Below, in pieces: positions 14,890 to 23,369 of a stretch of DNA of 31,346 nucleotides (position 1 is the stretch's first letter; each line of letters begins with the position of its first letter). Below the pieces are notes generated by a model. The model saw only the letters and a program-made list of their open reading frames with translations. It did no database searches and was not told the DNA's origin. Source of the stretch: Candidatus Acetothermia bacterium. GTDB taxonomy: Bacteria > Bipolaricaulota > Bipolaricaulia > M55B111. The stretch spans positions 1-31,346 of the forward strand of contig JBKGZT010000008.1 of the NCBI GenBank assembly GCA_046543235.1, in the 5' to 3' direction. The translations under genes and the position numbers were made by a program.

Positions 14890-17373
14890 GTGAGTAACAT
14901 GTACAAGAAGTTTTCGAAAAAATCGATGGAGATAATGGCCACGGCATATGACGAGGCGGAAAAACTGAACGACAAAGCAGTCTCTCCGGAACACCTGTTA
15001 CTGGCATTGCTCAAGGCAAAAAACACAAGAGTTTACAAGTTCCTGAAGGATAACGGGCTCTCCTATCATCACGTCCTCAGGGTAGTAAAAAGGAACGACG
15101 AAGAAGAGCTTTCCCTACCCCTGCAGGACGAACTGGAGCCAACTTCAAAGTTAAAGAAGATCATGAAGATGGGTTACGACGAAGCGAGGGCAACCCAGGG
15201 AGAGAACAAAATAGAACCTGCTCACCTCTTGATAAGCATCCTCGAAGAAGGAAATGGAACGGCCTCTTCCGTGATAAAACAATTCGGTATTACTTCCAGA
15301 AAAGCCCGTTCTTACTTCTCTATGGTGAGAAAGGGCGACTCGAAGCAGGGGATGGAGCTGAAGCTCCAGTCGACGGAAAAAGGTAGTAGCGAGGAAGGAG
15401 TGCTGGAAGAATTCGGGAGAAACCTTATAGAAGAAGCCCGTCAAGACAAACTAGATCCCGTGATAGGCCGAGAAGAGGAAATAGACCGTGTAATCCAGAC
15501 CATAAGCCGGAGAAAGAAGAACAATCCTGTTCTGATAGGTGAAGCCGGCGTGGGTAAGACCGCGATAGTCGAAGGCCTGGCCCAGAGGATTGCAAATCAA
15601 AAGGTCCCTCAGCTCCTCGCGGACAAAAAGATATACGAAGTCGACATGGCAGCCATGGTAGCGGGGACGAAGTACCGCGGCGAGTTCGAACAGCGGTTAA
15701 AAACCCTGATCAACGAAGTGTCCAACAAGAACGAGGTCATCCTCTTTATAGACGAACTGAGCACCGTAGTGGGTGCAGGCGGAGCGGAAGGCGCCATCGA
15801 CGCGTCTTCGATTCTAAAGCCGCCACTCGCCTCAGGAGCCATCCAGAGTATAGGCACCGCGACGATCGACGATTACCGAAAATCCGTGGAAAAAGACCCG
15901 GCGTTAAAGAGGCGGTTCAAGACGATCACCGTAGAGGAACCGTCGATTGAACATACCATAAACATTCTGGAAGGAATTCAGGAAAGGTACGAAGACCACC
16001 ACAACGTAAAGATAACCGCTGAAGCGATTGAGCAGGCCGCCAGATTGAGCGATCGCTATATAACCGGTCAGTTCCTTCCCGACAAGGCAATCGACTTGAT
16101 AGACGAAACGGCCGCTAAAGTACGGCTGGATAACTTCAATCTGCCTCCGGAACTCAGGGAGGTTTCGCGTGAGAGATTGACGATAAAGGAACAAGAGGAC
16201 GAAGCCACCGAGGAAGGCGATTACGAAAAGGCGGCGGCGCTCAGGGATGAACGGATGGATCTGGACGAGGAGCTCGAAAACTACGAAGAACAGGGGGAAA
16301 GCTCTCACAATGGCGATGGCCTGGTGGAGGGAAGCGACATAGCCAAGATGGTCTCTTCCTGGACCGGCGTGCCAGTTGGCCGCCTTCAGAAAGAAGAGAG
16401 GAAGAGAATGGTCGACATGGAAGCCGAGATACACAAACGCCTCATCGGCCAGAAAGAAGCAGTTAACGCCATCTCTCAATCCCTCAGGAGGGCATATTCC
16501 GGCATAAAGGATCCTAATCGACCGATCGGCTCCTTCATGTTTCTCGGGCCAACCGGTGTCGGCAAGACAGAACTGAGCAAAACGCTCGCGGAATTTCTAT
16601 TCGGCGACGAGGAAGCCCTTATAAGGGTCGACATGTCCGAATACATGGAGAAGTTCAACGTGTCACGTCTGACAGGCGCTCCTCCGGGTTACGTGGGGTA
16701 CGAAGAGGCCGGAAAGCTAACGGAGGCCGTCAGACACAGACCGCACTCCGTCATCCTTTTCGACGAAATAGAGAAGGCCCATAGCGACGTCTTCAACATC
16801 TTACTTCAGGTAATGGAGGACGGCGTTTTAACCGACTCTCAGGGGAGACAGGTGAACTTTCGCAACAGCGTAATGATAATGACCTCAAACTTGGGTGGGA
16901 AGCTTATTACCGACAAGACACAGCTGGGCTTCGGCTCACAGCAGGTCGATTCCAAGGAATCCTATCAGGAAATGAAGAACCTTGTAATGGAAAAGGTCAA
17001 GGACGAATTTCGGCCCGAATTCTTGAACCGGCTGGATGATACGGTCGTCTTCCACCAGTTAACTGAGGACGAGGTCTTCCAGATAGCGGAATTGATGCTT
17101 GAGAGGCTCGACAAACGGCTAGACAGCAAACACGGTCTCCGCCTCGAACTTTCCGATTCTGCAAAAGGGATCCTTGTCGAAGAAGGCTACGACCCGAAAT
17201 ATGGCGCAAGACCGATGAGAAGGACAATAGAGCGCCTAATAGAGAACAAGATCTCCGATCACCTATTAAAGGACGACTTTGCGGGCAAGGACGTAGTAAG
17301 GGTGGATAGTTCCCAGGGCGATATCGTACTGGAGGGGGTCAGCGAGAAGAGCGCCGTCGGCGTCGGAGACTGA
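14890..17373 (+). CDS. clpC: ATP-dependent Clp protease ATPase subunit ClpC
   Basis: Clp-N repeats ([18 protein letters not shown]), D1 GEAGVGKT and [12 protein letters not shown]-type M domain ([10 protein letters not shown]), D2 GPTGVGKT and [11 protein letters not shown], ClpP-binding LGF loop, YGARPMRR. Start placed at GTG 14890 from SD spacing; the track start at 14839 lies inside the promoter. ATG 14899 is an alternative. Confidence 0.94.
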   Translation: MSNMYKKFSKKSMEIMATAYDEAEKLNDKAVSPEHLLLALLKAKNTRVYKFLKDNGLSYHHVLRVVKRNDEEELSLPLQDELEPTSKLKKIMKMGYDEARATQGENKIEPAHLLISILEEGNGTASSVIKQFGITSRKARSYFSMVRKGDSKQGMELKLQSTEKGSSEEGVLEEFGRNLIEEARQDKLDPVIGREEEIDRVIQTISRRKKNNPVLIGEAGVGKTAIVEGLAQRIANQKVPQLLADKKIYEVDMAAMVAGTKYRGEFEQRLKTLINEVSNKNEVILFIDELSTVVGAGGAEGAIDASSILKPPLASGAIQSIGTATIDDYRKSVEKDPALKRRFKTITVEEPSIEHTINILEGIQERYEDHHNVKITAEAIEQAARLSDRYITGQFLPDKAIDLIDETAAKVRLDNFNLPPELREVSRERLTIKEQEDEATEEGDYEKAAALRDERMDLDEELENYEEQGESSHNGDGLVEGSDIAKMVSSWTGVPVGRLQKEERKRMVDMEAEIHKRLIGQKEAVNAISQSLRRAYSGIKDPNRPIGSFMFLGPTGVGKTELSKTLAEFLFGDEEALIRVDMSEYMEKFNVSRLTGAPPGYVGYEEAGKLTEAVRHRPHSVILFDEIEKAHSDVFNILLQVMEDGVLTDSQGRQVNFRNSVMIMTSNLGGKLITDKTQLGFGSQQVDSKESYQEMKNLVMEKVKDEFRPEFLNRLDDTVVFHQLTEDEVFQIAELMLERLDKRLDSKHGLRLELSDSAKGILVEEGYDPKYGARPMRRTIERLIENKISDHLLKDDFAGKDVVRVDSSQGDIVLEGVSEKSAVGVGD

Positions 17374-17379
17374 TAGTGG

Positions 17380-18729
17380 ATGGCTTACGAATGCAGTAAT
17401 TGCGGCTTCACTTCCGTCCAGTGGCTTGGCAGGTGCCCGAAGTGCGGAGAGTGGGACGCCTTTGAAGAGGAAAGGGAAGTTTCGGAAGACGGCGAGGGTC
17501 GGATTCTAAACGACGAATCACCAACTCCGCTTTCGGAAATCCCCCTTGATTCCAAAGAAAGAATACCAACTGGGATTGGGGAATTCGATCGAGTCCTGGG
17601 AGGAGGTTTAATCCCGGGTGGAATAGTCCTCCTCGGCGGTGACCCGGGAATAGGTAAATCCACACTGCTGTTGCAGACCGCCACCAACTTATCGCAGCAC
17701 GGAGAAGTCCTCTACATCTCGGGTGAAGAATCCTCCAAACAAATCAAGATGAGAGCCGAAAGGCTCGGTTTATCCTCCGAAAAACTGATAATCTATAGCG
17801 GAGGGAGCCTGAAGAAGGCTCTTCACCACCTAAGGGAACTGGACCCGATTACCGTGGTCGTTGACTCGATTCAGTCGCTGAAAAGCCCCGATAGCTCCAG
17901 TTCCGTCGGTAGCACCAAACAGGTGAGGGAACTGGGTAAGGAGTTTACCAGGCTGGGCAAGGAAAAAGAGGTACCGGTAATCCTCATCGGCCACATAACA
18001 AAATCCGGAGACTTTTCCGGTCCTAAAACGATAGAACACCTGGTAGATACAACGATTTATTTCGAAGGAAAGCGCGATAACAAAGTACGGTTGTTGCGGC
18101 CGGAAAAAAACAGGTTTGGTTCGACCGACCCCCTTGGGTTGTTTCGGATGGCCGAGGACGGTCTGGAGGAAATACTGAATCCGTCCCAGTACTTCGCCAA
18201 AAAGGACGGAGGAACGGACGGGAAAGGTACAACAACGGTATGCACGCTTGAAGGTTCTCGACCGATACTTGCCGAGATTCAGGCCCTGGTTACGCCCTCC
18301 AACTTCGGGGGCAGCCCCCAGAGACGAACCACAGGCCTGGACTACAACCGTGTATCACTGCTCTTCGCGGTCATACAAAAACAGCTCGGGATAAACTTGC
18401 AGGAATTCGATATCTATCTTAACGTAATCGGTGGATTTAGGGTCGAGGAAACGGCCGGGGACTTGGGTGTGATTTCCGCTATATTATCGAGTCTCAACGA
18501 GGTTGAGGTTCCCCGAAGAACGGTGATAATTGGAGAGGTCGGTCTAAGCGGCGAGTTACGGCCCGTCAAAGCTCTCAGTTCCCGGCTCAACGAAGCGGAA
18601 AAGCTGGGTTACAATAGGGCACTCGTACCCGGGAGCAACCCGGGTCTAGGTCATTTGGACCCGAACTTAGACCTTCACGCCGCCGAGGACGTTTCGGAGG
18701 CCCTGAACGATCTCGGACTAAAGGAGTAA
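17380..18729 (+). CDS. radA: DNA repair protein RadA/Sms
   Basis: 449 aa. C4 zinc finger (CSNC...CPKC), GDPGIGKST, KNRFG motif, Lon-like C-terminus (GEVGLSGELR). Confidence 0.97.
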   Translation: MAYECSNCGFTSVQWLGRCPKCGEWDAFEEEREVSEDGEGRILNDESPTPLSEIPLDSKERIPTGIGEFDRVLGGGLIPGGIVLLGGDPGIGKSTLLLQTATNLSQHGEVLYISGEESSKQIKMRAERLGLSSEKLIIYSGGSLKKALHHLRELDPITVVVDSIQSLKSPDSSSSVGSTKQVRELGKEFTRLGKEKEVPVILIGHITKSGDFSGPKTIEHLVDTTIYFEGKRDNKVRLLRPEKNRFGSTDPLGLFRMAEDGLEEILNPSQYFAKKDGGTDGKGTTTVCTLEGSRPILAEIQALVTPSNFGGSPQRRTTGLDYNRVSLLFAVIQKQLGINLQEFDIYLNVIGGFRVEETAGDLGVISAILSSLNEVEVPRRTVIIGEVGLSGELRPVKALSSRLNEAEKLGYNRALVPGSNPGLGHLDPNLDLHAAEDVSEALNDLGLKE

Positions 18730-18730
18730 T

Positions 18731-19792
18731 ATGGCTTTTGAGACGCTTAAAGAACTTCTGGAGAACACAGCTCCTGGAACTACCCTGAGAGACGCGATAG
18801 ACAGAATCGTGGAACAGGGCAATGGGGGCATGCTCGTCATCTCCACTCTGGAAAAGCTGGAAGAGCTAATAACTACAGGTTTTCGGATTAACGCCGAGAT
18901 AACCTCCCAAAGGGTGAGCGAGCTATCCAAAATGGACGGAGCGATTGTAATAAGTGACGACCTCCAGAGAATTACCTACGCAAACGCTCACCTTTCACCT
19001 GACCCTTCAATCGAAAGCAAGGAGACAGGGACTAGACACAAAGCGGCCGAACAGACCGCCAAACAGCTGAAGATACCCGTTGTAGCTATATCGGAAAGGA
19101 GAAACAGGGTTACGATCTATTACAGGGAAAAGAGGTACATACTGAGAGATATCTCAACCATAATGTCCAAGGTCAACCAAGCCCTATTGATAATGGAGCA
19201 GTACAGGGGAAACTACGACGAGGCCATCCAGGAGTTAACTGCCCTGGAACTGGACGGAAACGTTCTCCCCTTCCACGTAGCCAACCCCCTGATAAAAATC
19301 GGACAGATGCTTACCTTAAAGGAGGAGATCCTCAGGATGTTTATAGAACTAGGGGAGGAAAAGGCCCTTCCCGGTCGCCAGCTAGATAACATGATGGCAG
19401 GCATTGAACGGGATCTGGAATTTATAATCAAGGATTTCCAGAAAGAACCTGAGAACAACTACGAAGAGATCAGAGAGAGAATAATCGAGCTCTGCGCAGA
19501 TACTCCTCCTTCGACAAAAAGCATCATGGCCCTTCTGGGTTACGAGGAGGAAGACCTGGACGAGTTTCTGTTGCCCCGGGGCTACAGAGTGCTACACCAA
19601 ATTCCTAGACTGCCCCACTCCGTCATAAAAAGGATGGTCGAAGAGTTCGGCAGCCTGGAGCACATACTGGAAGCGGACAGGGAGGAGTTACAAAAGGTAC
19701 GGGGTATAGCGGAAACCAGGTCCAGTACGATACAGGCTGGCCTGAAAAGGCTGGAGAACCGAATAACTTTAATGGAGGAATTAGAAACTTGA
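18731..19792 (+). CDS. disA: DNA integrity scanning diadenylate cyclase DisA
   Basis: 353 aa. APGTTLR, KMDGA, ETGTRHK, linker domain, C-terminal helix-hairpin-helix (PRGYRVL...VRGIA). Canonical radA-disA pairing. Confidence 0.94.
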   Translation: MAFETLKELLENTAPGTTLRDAIDRIVEQGNGGMLVISTLEKLEELITTGFRINAEITSQRVSELSKMDGAIVISDDLQRITYANAHLSPDPSIESKETGTRHKAAEQTAKQLKIPVVAISERRNRVTIYYREKRYILRDISTIMSKVNQALLIMEQYRGNYDEAIQELTALELDGNVLPFHVANPLIKIGQMLTLKEEILRMFIELGEEKALPGRQLDNMMAGIERDLEFIIKDFQKEPENNYEEIRERIIELCADTPPSTKSIMALLGYEEEDLDEFLLPRGYRVLHQIPRLPHSVIKRMVEEFGSLEHILEADREELQKVRGIAETRSSTIQAGLKRLENRITLMEELET

Positions 19793-20607
19793 ACGGAACT
19801 GAAGAGATCAGGCAAAGCACCGAGTGGATCGAGTCAAGACTTTCGAGAGAACCAAAGGTAGGGATGGTCCTGGGCTCAGGGCTTTCAGATACCATGAACG
19901 AGCTCGTCGATACGGACGTGGAATTCAGCTGGGAGGAAATCCCCAACTTTCCGGTTCCCAGCGTCGAAGGCCACGAGGGAAGGTTCATATCTGGTGCACT
20001 CAGGGGAACTCCCGTCTTGATCCAGCAGGGTAGGCTTCACTGGTATGAGGGCCTACCGTGGGAAGACGTAATTTATCCCGTAAGAGTTCACGCTGACCTC
20101 GGCGTCGAAAAACTATTTATGACCAACGCTGCTGGAGGTATAAACCGGGACTTCGAACCAGGTGATCTTTGCTTGATAAAGGATCATATCAATTTTGCCG
20201 GAGATAATCCACTTAGAGGTCCAAACCAGGACGAATTCGGCCCCAGGTTTCCGGACATGAGTCACGCCTACTCAAAGCAATTGAGGGAAATTGCCTTCAA
20301 GGTTGGCAGAGAGACGGGGGTCGACCTAAACCAGGGAATTTACGTAATGACCTCCGGGCCCAGTTACGAAACACCCGCTGAGATATCGGCACTGAGAACT
20401 CTCGGTGCTGACGTAGTGGGCATGTCGACGGTCCCCGAGGTAATTACGGCAAACCACTCAGGGCTGGAGGTGCTGGCAATATCCCTGGTAACAAACAAAG
20501 CTGCGGGTTTGCAGGAGGAGCTTTCGCACGAAGAAGTGCTCGAGGTGACGGAAAGAACCAATCAGAAGCTTGGAAGGTTGCTCTCGGGTATAGTCGGTGA
20601 AATCTAA
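19789..20607 (+). CDS. punA: Purine nucleoside phosphorylase (trimeric, PNP-I/XapA type)
   Basis: 272 aa. VLGSGL, VEGHEG, GRLHWYEG, TNAAGG, GPSYETPAE, VGMSTVPE, VTNKAAG, SHEEV. The TTG start overlaps the disA stop. Confidence 0.93.
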   Translation: MNGTEEIRQSTEWIESRLSREPKVGMVLGSGLSDTMNELVDTDVEFSWEEIPNFPVPSVEGHEGRFISGALRGTPVLIQQGRLHWYEGLPWEDVIYPVRVHADLGVEKLFMTNAAGGINRDFEPGDLCLIKDHINFAGDNPLRGPNQDEFGPRFPDMSHAYSKQLREIAFKVGRETGVDLNQGIYVMTSGPSYETPAEISALRTLGADVVGMSTVPEVITANHSGLEVLAISLVTNKAAGLQEELSHEEVLEVTERTNQKLGRLLSGIVGEI

Positions 20608-20608
20608 C

Positions 20609-21574
20609 CTAATCCTCTTTTTCCTTCTTAACTACTCGGCGTAAGCTTCCTACTTCCCGGTACTTTTCCCTTCGACTCGACAACAGTTCGTCACGGTCCA
20701 GGCTAATTAATTGATCCAGATGTCGGGAGAGGGAACGAGAAAGGTTTTTGGCCGAAGTCTGAAAATCATCATGGGCTCCTTTACCTCCCTCCTCGACGAT
20801 CTCGTCCACGATGCCGAGATCTCTGGCGCCGTTCGCGGAAAGTTTTAAGGCCCTTGCTGCTTCATCCGCACGGTCCCGGTCCTTCCAGAGGATGGCTGCC
20901 GCGCCTTCAGGAGAAATAACCGAATATATCGAATTCTCCAGCATCAACACTCTATCGGCAGCTCCAATTGCCACGGCGCCTCCGCTCCCCCCCTCGCCGA
21001 TCACGGCCGCGACAGTGGGGACCTCCAGCGAAACCATCCTGGAGATGCTCCTAGCTATCATCCCGCCGATGTTTTTTTCTTCGGCTTCCTTGCCCGGGTA
21101 GGCACCTGGAGTATCGATTAGCGTTAGCAGCGGAAAATCAAACTTCTCGGCCAGGTTCATCAGCCTCCTGGCTTTTCTATAACCCTCGGAACGGATCATA
21201 CCGAAGTTCGTCTGCCGCGATTTCTCTGCCTCTCCTCCCTTGCTCTGTGCAACCACAACAACCGTATCACCCTGAAACCTGGCCAGACCGCCTTTCAAGG
21301 CGCTATCGTCACCCAGCAATCTGTCGCCGTGCAGGGGGTAAAAGTCCTCCATGAGGAACTCCAGGTAATCTTCCGAACCGGGCCTATCCGGATGACGGGC
21401 TAGTTTGACTCGATCCCATTCGTCCAGTTCCTTCTTTGTTTCTTCCTGCCGGTCCGCAAGTTTTGCGGTCAGGTTTTCGATTTCCTGAGACAGGTCCAGA
21501 CCGTTCCTGGAATTCAACGATTTCAACCGCTCTATCTGCTCTTCAAGTTCTTCTAAAGTACGTTCCTCGCTCAT
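20609..21574 (-). CDS. accA: Acetyl-CoA carboxylase carboxyltransferase alpha subunit
   Basis: 321 aa. LARHPDRP, LHGDR, NFGM...EGYRKA, IDTPGAYPG, GEGGSGGA, YSVISPEG. Confidence 0.96.
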   Translation of the reverse strand: MSEERTLEELEEQIERLKSLNSRNGLDLSQEIENLTAKLADRQEETKKELDEWDRVKLARHPDRPGSEDYLEFLMEDFYPLHGDRLLGDDSALKGGLARFQGDTVVVVAQSKGGEAEKSRQTNFGMIRSEGYRKARRLMNLAEKFDFPLLTLIDTPGAYPGKEAEEKNIGGMIARSISRMVSLEVPTVAAVIGEGGSGGAVAIGAADRVLMLENSIYSVISPEGAAAILWKDRDRADEAARALKLSANGARDLGIVDEIVEEGGKGAHDDFQTSAKNLSRSLSRHLDQLISLDRDELLSSRREKYREVGSLRRVVKKEKED

Positions 21575-21576
21575 CG

Positions 21577-22416
21577 TTAGTTAAAAAACCTCAGTATATT
21601 GGAAAGTTCTTCTCGCAACGAATCCCTCTCCACGACTGAATCCACCATCCCGTGCTCCAGCGCGAATTGGCTGGACTGGAAGTCTTCGGGCAACTCTTCC
21701 CCGATCGTCTGCTCGATCACGTCCCTTCCGGCAAATCCGATTAAAGCACCTCTCTCAGCCACGATAACGTCGCCCAGACTGGCTATACTGGCTTCGACTC
21801 CCGCCGTAGTCGGGTAGGTCATGACTGAAATAAACGGAAGGCCTGCCTCCGAAAGTTTCTCCCTTACGGAAGTCGTCTTGACCATTTGCAAGAGGGACAG
21901 GAGCCCTTCCTGCATTCGGGCTCCCCCGGAAGAACTGATCAGTACGAACGGTAAGTCCTCCTCGACGGCAAGCTCTATCCCGGAGGCTATCTGCTCTCCA
22001 ACGACCGAACCCATGGAGCCACCGATGAATCGAAAATCCATTGCAGCGAGGACTAAAGGGTTATCGTTTACCTCTCCGGTTCCGACAATTATCGCGTCAA
22101 ACATACCCGTTTCGGCCTGACTCTCGTCAATCCTGTCCTTGTAGTCCTTGGTGTCCAAAAAGTCGAGAGGGTCATCCGACTCAATTCGCTTAGTCCTGTC
22201 CTCGAACGTTTCCTCGTCCACCAGGTTCTTAATCCTTTCCTTCGCAGTTAAAAAGAAGTAGGCATCACAGTTTGGGCATACGTGGTTGTTTTCCTGTAAT
22301 TTCTTCTTGAATATAAGCTTTTCACAGGATTTACACTTTACCCAGAGGGCCTCGTCTTCTTCCTCCTCTTTCTCGAAATCCACCCTCAGGTATTCTTCGT
22401 CGCGAAATAATGGCAT
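21577..22416 (-). CDS. accD: Acetyl-CoA carboxylase carboxyltransferase beta subunit
   Basis: 279 aa. LWVKCKSC...CPNC zinc finger, MDFRFIGGSMGSVVGE, SGGARMQEG, ALIGFAG. Confidence 0.95.
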   Translation of the reverse strand: MPLFRDEEYLRVDFEKEEEEDEALWVKCKSCEKLIFKKKLQENNHVCPNCDAYFFLTAKERIKNLVDEETFEDRTKRIESDDPLDFLDTKDYKDRIDESQAETGMFDAIIVGTGEVNDNPLVLAAMDFRFIGGSMGSVVGEQIASGIELAVEEDLPFVLISSSGGARMQEGLLSLLQMVKTTSVREKLSEAGLPFISVMTYPTTAGVEASIASLGDVIVAERGALIGFAGRDVIEQTIGEELPEDFQSSQFALEHGMVDSVVERDSLREELSNILRFFN

Positions 22417-22418
22417 AC

Positions 22419-23090
22419 TTACTCCTTTTCGGTAACATCTGGTCCGACTTTATTATCCAGGAGCTTTGAAGGTATTACAATCCCCATTGAAAGCACCAGT
22501 CTCAAACCCTCTTCAATGGTCAAATCCAGGTAAGTCAGATCCTTTTTCGGTATGAACAGAGTCTTGCCGCTCAAAGGGTTCGGGGTGGTGAAAACGAAGG
22601 CAGCTACCACGTCTTCCCCAATGATCTCTTCTATCTCTCCCAGCTCCTCGTTCGTGACGAACCCCACCACATAACTCCCCCTACGAGGATACTCAAACAT
22701 TACCACGTCTCGGAAAGTATTGGATTCCCTGCTAAAAACTGCACTGGTGATCTGTTTAAGAGTAACATACATCTTATTCACGAATGGAGTGGAGCCCATA
22801 ATACGATCCAGAAGGTCGTAGACTTTCCTGCCCACGTAGATTCTTGTCACCAGGCCGACCAAAAAAACAAGCAGCAGCGTCAGCAAGGCACCAATTCCCG
22901 GCAACCACTCCCGACCTACGGTCAGCTTGAGGAAGTCAGTTATCAGGTGACCAAACTCCGAGCCCTCTCCAGTAAACCTGAGAATAGTCTTATAAATTAC
23001 CCAGAGCACGTAAAACGTAATGCTCAGCGGGAGTATAACCAGTAGTCCGTTGATAAAAGTGCTCTTTATGTAAGCAAGAATTTTTTTCAT
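22419..23090 (-). CDS. DUF502-family membrane protein
   Basis: FINGLLVILPLSIT, two further hydrophobic segments, EYPRRG...GFVT, FVFTTPNPLSG (family PTTPNPTSG-like). Start placed at ATG 23090 (MKKIL, SD AAGGT); the track extends to 23138. Confidence 0.88.
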   Translation of the reverse strand: MKKILAYIKSTFINGLLVILPLSITFYVLWVIYKTILRFTGEGSEFGHLITDFLKLTVGREWLPGIGALLTLLLVFLVGLVTRIYVGRKVYDLLDRIMGSTPFVNKMYVTLKQITSAVFSRESNTFRDVVMFEYPRRGSYVVGFVTNEELGEIEEIIGEDVVAAFVFTTPNPLSGKTLFIPKKDLTYLDLTIEEGLRLVLSMGIVIPSKLLDNKVGPDVTEKE

Positions 23091-23186
23091 CTTAACCTTT
23101 CTAGAACGTTTTCTTACTAATATTAGTACATCCCCCACCGTCTTTCTAACGTATCCGGAAAGCTGGAAGAAAGGTTACCCCTTCTC

Positions 23187-23192
23187 TATAAT
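23187..23192 (+). promoter_or_regulatory. Perfect -10 box upstream of the structured RNA and pncB
   Basis: TATAAT at 23187-23192 with no good -35 box. Predicted +1 at about G23198-23199. Confidence 0.4.
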
Positions 23193-23197
23193 AAGCC

Positions 23198-23369
23198 GGG
23201 AATCGGAAATTGTTCCACCGGCCGAGTGCGAATCACCGATAATTCAATAAATATAAGTGCTTTTGAACTCTCCAAACTCGTTAACGCAAGTAGGGGATCG
23301 GTCCCTTTTGCTCCGTGATGTTCGCGCCGGTGGAACAACAAAGGAGAAAGAAAGGGTCTCTCTTTGTTC
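23198..23369 (+). ncRNA. Candidate structured RNA (cis-regulatory leader of pncB or 6S-like ncRNA); family not identified
   Basis: Perfect 13-bp stem 23210-23222 / 23326-23338, continued by GCGAA/TTCGC and TCAC/GTGA. It encloses an A/U-rich unpaired tract and inner hairpins. A second hairpin spans 23337-23368. Confidence 0.5.

Noticed and set aside
23198-23240. Partial resemblance of the pncB leader to FMN (GAAATT..CCACCGGC) and cobalamin (GGGAA..GTGCGAATC) riboswitches
   Set aside because: The downstream conserved blocks (FMN 3' GATGGGAG-type end, B12 box) are missing, and the gene context does not fit.
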